Source: Macrostomum lignano (lineage: Eukaryota). From it: DNA of 64,000 nucleotides. Both the position numbers and the translations under genes were made by a program. Position 1 is the first letter of the stretch, and each line of letters opens with the position of its first letter. Below the pieces are notes generated by a model. It did no database searches and had not been told where the DNA came from. It worked only from the letters and a program-made list of their open reading frames with translations. This document shows positions 59,383 to 64,000 of this stretch, in pieces. The stretch covers positions 1 through 64,000 of the forward strand of contig NIVC01002327.1 in NCBI GenBank assembly GCA_002269645.1. The letters are read 5' to 3'.

Positions 59383-62300
59383 GGCTAGTTAGTTAGTCAA
59401 TCAGCAACTGACGCCGCACCAGTAGCTCTCTGTACATTTATTCCCTGTCGCCCGGTTGCCAGGCAAAAGCTGCGCGTACCGGCCGACGCCAGCGACTTGG
59501 ACTGTGGCCGCCATCTGATGCAGCGCTCCGTGCTCACCCACTGCGACTCGGATGCTGACAAGTTCTACCTGCTCTGCCTGATGCTGCGCAAACTGCACGC
59601 CAGCGTACGTGGCCTGTGCGCCGTTGAATCCAACGATAGCCTGATGTTCCAGGAGCTGCTGCTGCCCGGTCATCTCTATCTGCAGGTGTGCGGCTGGAGA
59701 GGGACAATGCTTACACCTAGTGATGCAATCTATATCTCATTCTAGAGTCGTAATCTCATGATCAAATCTCATACTAGGATCGGAGTATTATGGTTAGATC
59801 TCATTCTAGGGTCGTAATCCCATGATTAGATCTCATTCTAGGGTCGTAATCTCATGGTGAGATCTCATTCTAGGGTCGTAATCTCATGGTGAGATCTCAT
59901 TCTAGGGTCGTTAGCTTTTGGTGAGATCGCATGCTAGGGTCAAAATCTCATAGTGAGATTTTTAGAATAGAAATCTCGGTTAGATTTTATTTTATATACG
60001 CTCGTAGTTGCAAACCGAGAATGAGATTTCATATAGATTCACTTCACGAGCATAATACCTCATCGCAGAGTCAGAGCTTAAGCTCTTACATTGCCTCCCT
60101 ACCTCCGTCGCAGGTGCTCCGCGACATTCTCTACAGATGGCTGCTGACCTTGCAGCGCCTGATGGAGAAGAAGCTGGCCAAGGCCCAAGCCGGCAACCAG
60201 GCAGCCATAAGCGACGCAATAAAAACGGCAGTAGGCCTGTGCTCGCACGACATCACGGCCGCGATGGAGAATTTCATGGCCACAGGCAATTTGAACAGCC
60301 AGAGCCTGCTGCTGCTGCAGAACACCGGCCTGGTGGTGCCCGGCGACAATATCAATCGGCTAAGATTTGCCGCCCATTTTCGCGCCGTACATCGGGGCGC
60401 TTTTTTCACCGAGATGCGAACTACCGCGGTTAGGCGCCTGCTACCGGAGACCTGGGGCTTCATCTGTCCAGTGCACACGCCAGACGGTACACCTTGCGGC
60501 TTGTTGAATCATCTCACCGCCGCCTGCTTGGTAGTCAGCTCGCCGGAGCGACCGGATCGGGCCAGCCTGACCGCCGAGATGTGCCTGCGCGGCCTGGTGC
60601 CGTTAAATGAAGCATCCGCGCTCAGTCAGGACCTGCAGACCTGCTTGCCTGTGCTACTGGACGGCGTGCTGTGCGGCCTGGTGCCGCCCCGGCTGGCTGT
60701 CGGGCTGGCCAACTGGCTGCGGCTGCAAAAGGTGAACCGGCTGTTGATAGCGATTTTCTTGCGACATCAATTTTATCTTGCATGGTTAATCACAACTACC
60801 TTTATGCCAAACTTCAATCACGGGATAATCCAGTTCAGTCACGAGATTGTCAAGGCCAAGTTCAGTCACGTGATTATCAAAGCCAAGTTCAGTCACGTGA
60901 TTATCAAAGCCAAGTTCAGTCGCGTGATTATCAAGGCCAAGTTCAGTCACGTGGTTATCAAGGCCAAGTTCAGTCACGAGATTATCAAGGCCAAGTTCAG
61001 TCACGTGATTATCAAGGCCAAGTTCAGTCACGTGATTATCAAAGCCAAGTTCAGTCGCGTGATTATCAAAGCCAAGTTCAGTCACGTGATTATCAAAGCC
61101 AAGTTCAGTCACGTGATTATCAAAGCCAAGTTCAGTCGCGTGATTATCAAGGCCAAGTTCAGTCACGTGGTTATCAAGGCCAAATTCAGTCACGCGATTA
61201 TTAAGGCCAAGTTCAGTCGCGTGATTATCAAGGCCAAGTTCAGTCACGTAGTTATCAAGGCCAAATTCAGTCACGTGATTACTGATTATTAAGGCCAAGT
61301 TCAGTCGCATGATTATCAAGGCCAAGTCCAGTCACGTGGTTATCAAGGCCAAGTTCAGTCACGTGATTATCAAGGCCAAGTTCAGTCACGTGATAATCGA
61401 GGCCAAGTTCAGTCGCGTGATTGTAGAAGTACTTCACTGAAATTAAATTTAATCACGTGATTATTTCATTCCGTACTCCCACGCTTCCAACCCACTGGCA
61501 TCTCTAAGACTTTCTTCACCATTGCAGACGTCGCCACCGTCGGGTTCGCGGCGAGCTCGCCTAGTGCCCCGAACCCTGGAGGTTGCCTTGGTAACGCCGC
61601 GCGGCGCCGGCTCTGCTGGCCCCTATCCGGGCCTCTACCTATTCAGCGACTCGGCTCGGCTGCTCCGGCCGGTCCGCAATCTGGTCAGCAACTGCTTAGA
61701 GTACATCGGGCCCTACGAGCAGTGCTTTCTGGGCATCGCAATTGATGAAAAATCGTTGCAGCCAGACTCGACCCATTGCGAGTGCGATAAGAATGCTATA
61801 TTTAGCTTCGTTGCCGGCCTAACCCCGTTCCCTGATTTCAATCAGAGTCCCAGAAATATCTACCAGTGTCAGATGGGCAAGCAGTCCATGGGTCACAGCT
61901 ATAACAGCTACAGGCATCGGTCTGACAATAAACTGTACAGATTACTGTGTCCGCAGAAGCCTATGGTTAAAACTAATACCTTTGATAAGTACGGCATGAG
62001 CGACAATGCGCTCGGGTTCAATGCCATTGTGGCTGTGGTCTCTTACACTGGGTGAGGCTCGCTTCTTTTCTTTGTTTTTAACCTTTGTTGTTGCTGTACC
62101 GTGCTGCTGTACTGTATTAGTGGCATCACAGCTGTACTGTATTAGTGGCACCACAGCTGCACTGTATTAGTGGCACCACAGCTGTACTGTATTAGTGGCA
62201 CCACAGCTGTACTGTATTAGTGGCACCACAGCTGTACTGTATTAGTGGCACCACAGCTGTACTGTATTAGTGGCACCACAGCTGTACTGTATTAGTGGCA

Positions 62301-63969
62301 CCACAGCTGTACTGTATTAGTGGCACCACAGCTGTACTGTATTAGTGGCACCACAGCTGTACTGTATTAGTGGCACCACAGCTGTACTGTATTAGACATT
62401 AATCCAAAACGGTGCATCAAACGCTCCACTCGCAGCTACGACATGGAGGACGCCATGGTGATCAACAAAGCGGCTTACGACCGCGGCTTAGCTGACGCCT
62501 GCATCTACAAGTCGCAGGTCATCGACCTCACCAAGCTTGAAGGCGGCGGCGGTGGCAGCGGTGGCGGTGGTCGTCGACAGCAGCAGTCGAGCAGCGGCGC
62601 GGCAGCACCGGCCTGTCCGCTGCGATTCGGCGTGTTCGGCCCGGAGCCGGCGGCCTCGGGCATCGAGGCGGACGGCTTCCCGCCGATCGGGACACCGCTG
62701 CAGCCCGGCGATCCCGTCTACTGCTACTACAGGTGAACTGCTGCCCCGTGTTATTTGCAGGCAAATGTCACTCCCTATCGGCTCATATGCAGAAAATGTC
62801 ACTCCCTATTGGCTCATATATGCAGGAAATGTCACTCCCTATCGGCTCATGTATGCAGGGAAATGTCACTCCCTATCGGCTCATGTATGCAGGGAAATGT
62901 CACTCCCTATCGGCTCATGTATGCAGGGAAATGTCACTCCCTATCGGCTCATGTATGCAGGGAAATGTCACTCCCTATCGGCTCATGTATGCAGGGAAAT
63001 GTCACTCCCTATCGGCTCATGTATGCAGGGAAATGTCACTCCCTATCGGCTCATGTATGCAGGGAAATGTCACTCCCTATCGGCTCATGTATGCAGGGAA
63101 GTGTCACTCCCTATCGGCTCATGTATGCAGGGAAATGTCACTCCCTATCGGCTCATGTATGCAGGGAAATGTCACTCCCTATCGGCTCATGTATGCAGGG
63201 AAATGTCACTCCCTATCGGCTCATGTATGCAGGGAAATGTCACTCCCTATCGGCTCATGTATGCAGGGAAGTGTCACTCCCTATCGGCTCATGTATGCAG
63301 GGAAATGTCACTCCCTATCGGCTCATGTATGCAGGGAAATGTCACTCCCTATCGGCTCATGTATGCAGGGAAATGTCACTCTCAAGCGCCATCTCGCTGC
63401 TGTGTTTAATCTTCATGCCGCCATCTCAACCCCCCCCCCAGCGACGAGACCCGGCACCACACGGTAGTCCGGTACAAAGGCGACCCGGGCTACCTGGAGT
63501 GCGTGAGCACCGCCGGTCAGCCGCACCGGGCCACCCTCACCGTCCGTCTGCCTCGCAGGCCCGACATCGGCGACAAGTTCAGCTCTCGGCACGGCCAGAA
63601 AGGTGTCAACAGTCTGCTGCTGCCCGCGAGGACATGCCGTTCACTCCGACTGGCATTGTGCCAGACATCATCTTCAATCCGCACGGGTTCCCCTCCCGCA
63701 TGACTGTCGGCATGATGCTGGAATTCCTCGCCGGCAAATCCGCCGCACTGTCTGGCGACTGCGTCGACGCTACGGCTTTTCAACGCGACGGCGAAATCGA
63801 CGCGCCGCTATTTGAAGACTACGCCGACGTGCTTCAGCGGCACGGCTTCGACAGATGGTGCACGGAGCCGATGTACTGCGGCTTCACTGGCCGCCTGCTG
63901 GAGGCGCAGATCTTTGTCGGCATGGTCTATTATCAGCGCCTGCGCCACATGGTTGCCGACAAGTTTCAG
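53779..63969 (+). CDS. POLR1B: DNA-directed RNA polymerase I subunit RPA2 (second largest), first 8 exons, 3' end outside the window
   Basis: Exons 53779-53904, 56147-56569, 58612-58901, 59463-59685, 60114-60731, 61528-62051, 62436-62732 and 63442-63969 with consistent phases. Motifs: [117 protein letters not shown]. One base is missing near 63627. Confidence 0.96.
54024..56100. repeat. 29-bp minisatellite (CAGGGAGACCCAATGAAGCATCAGGGGAT), about 72 copies, POLR1B intron 1
   Basis: Read directly; 20-bp deletion variants present. Confidence 0.97.
56630..58466. repeat. 34-bp minisatellite (CCTCATTGATCCCATCAGCTGAATGATCCAATGT), about 54 copies, POLR1B intron 2
   Basis: Read directly; the unit looks like a diverged dimer of 17-mers. 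Confidence 0.96.
58921..59400. repeat. (TTAG)n microsatellite, POLR1B intron 3
   Basis: Read directly. Confidence 0.97.
59734..59975. repeat. 32-bp minisatellite (AGATCTCATTCTAGGGTCGTAATCTCATGGTG), POLR1B intron 4
   Basis: About 7 diverged copies. Confidence 0.85.
60832..61422. repeat. 27-bp minisatellite (TTCAGTCACGTGATTATCAAGGCCAAG), about 22 copies, POLR1B intron 5
   Basis: Read directly; most units carry CACGTG. Confidence 0.96.
62106..62395. repeat. 25-bp minisatellite (GCTGTACTGTATTAGTGGCACCACA), about 11 copies, POLR1B intron 6
   Basis: Read directly. Confidence 0.96.
62757..63381. repeat. 34-bp minisatellite (AAATGTCACTCCCTATCGGCTCATGTATGCAGGG), about 18 copies, POLR1B intron 7
   Basis: Read directly. 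Confidence 0.97.
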
Positions 63970-64000
63970 GCGAGTTGCTTTTTTCACTGCGGCAGTGCGG

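Noticed and set aside
58921-59400. (TTAG)n as an interstitial telomere
   Set aside because: A 4-bp microsatellite, not TTAGGG or TTAGG repeats.
59931-61292. 453-aa ORF suggesting POLR1B carries a repeat tail
   Set aside because: Only 60114-60731 is exon; both ends are intronic read-through bounded by good splice sites.
62537-63467. Cys/His-rich repeat ORFs
   Set aside because: The 34-bp intronic array of POLR1B intron 7.

Overview
Eukaryotic (metazoan) genomic DNA, not prokaryotic: GC-rich spliced exons in an AT-rich background. The gene style and extreme minisatellite load suggest a flatworm such as Macrostomum (inference only). Seven protein-coding genes were reconstructed by hand with phase-consistent splice sites. 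One is on the minus strand: a DEG/ENaC channel (5157-8456). Six follow in a row on the plus strand: an hnRNP F/H-type protein with four qRRMs (26888-30855), AP-5 zeta/AP5Z1 (33020-39441), TM6SF1-like (41479-43733), a ceramide synthase (44856-45983), a MYND-finger protein (50785-52006) and RNA polymerase I subunit RPA2/POLR1B (53779 to beyond the window end, with an apparent 1-nt frameshift and a probable GC donor). Positions 1-4300 and 9000-26800 are a transposon graveyard: a Crypton-type tyrosine-recombinase remnant missed by the ORF track, two dead non-LTR RT fragments, hAT MITEs with 8-bp TSDs, a tRNA-derived SINE with an 11-bp TSD, fold-back elements and a decayed three-exon gene. The most striking pattern is about 27 different tandem arrays (units 4-41 bp), nearly each with its own unit. 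They occupy 17 of the 19 complete coding introns and every spacer between the plus-strand genes, but are absent from the 13-kb AT-rich intergenic zone. Most long ORFs in the supplied track are artefacts of these arrays. No CRISPR array, rRNA or genuine tRNA gene was found.
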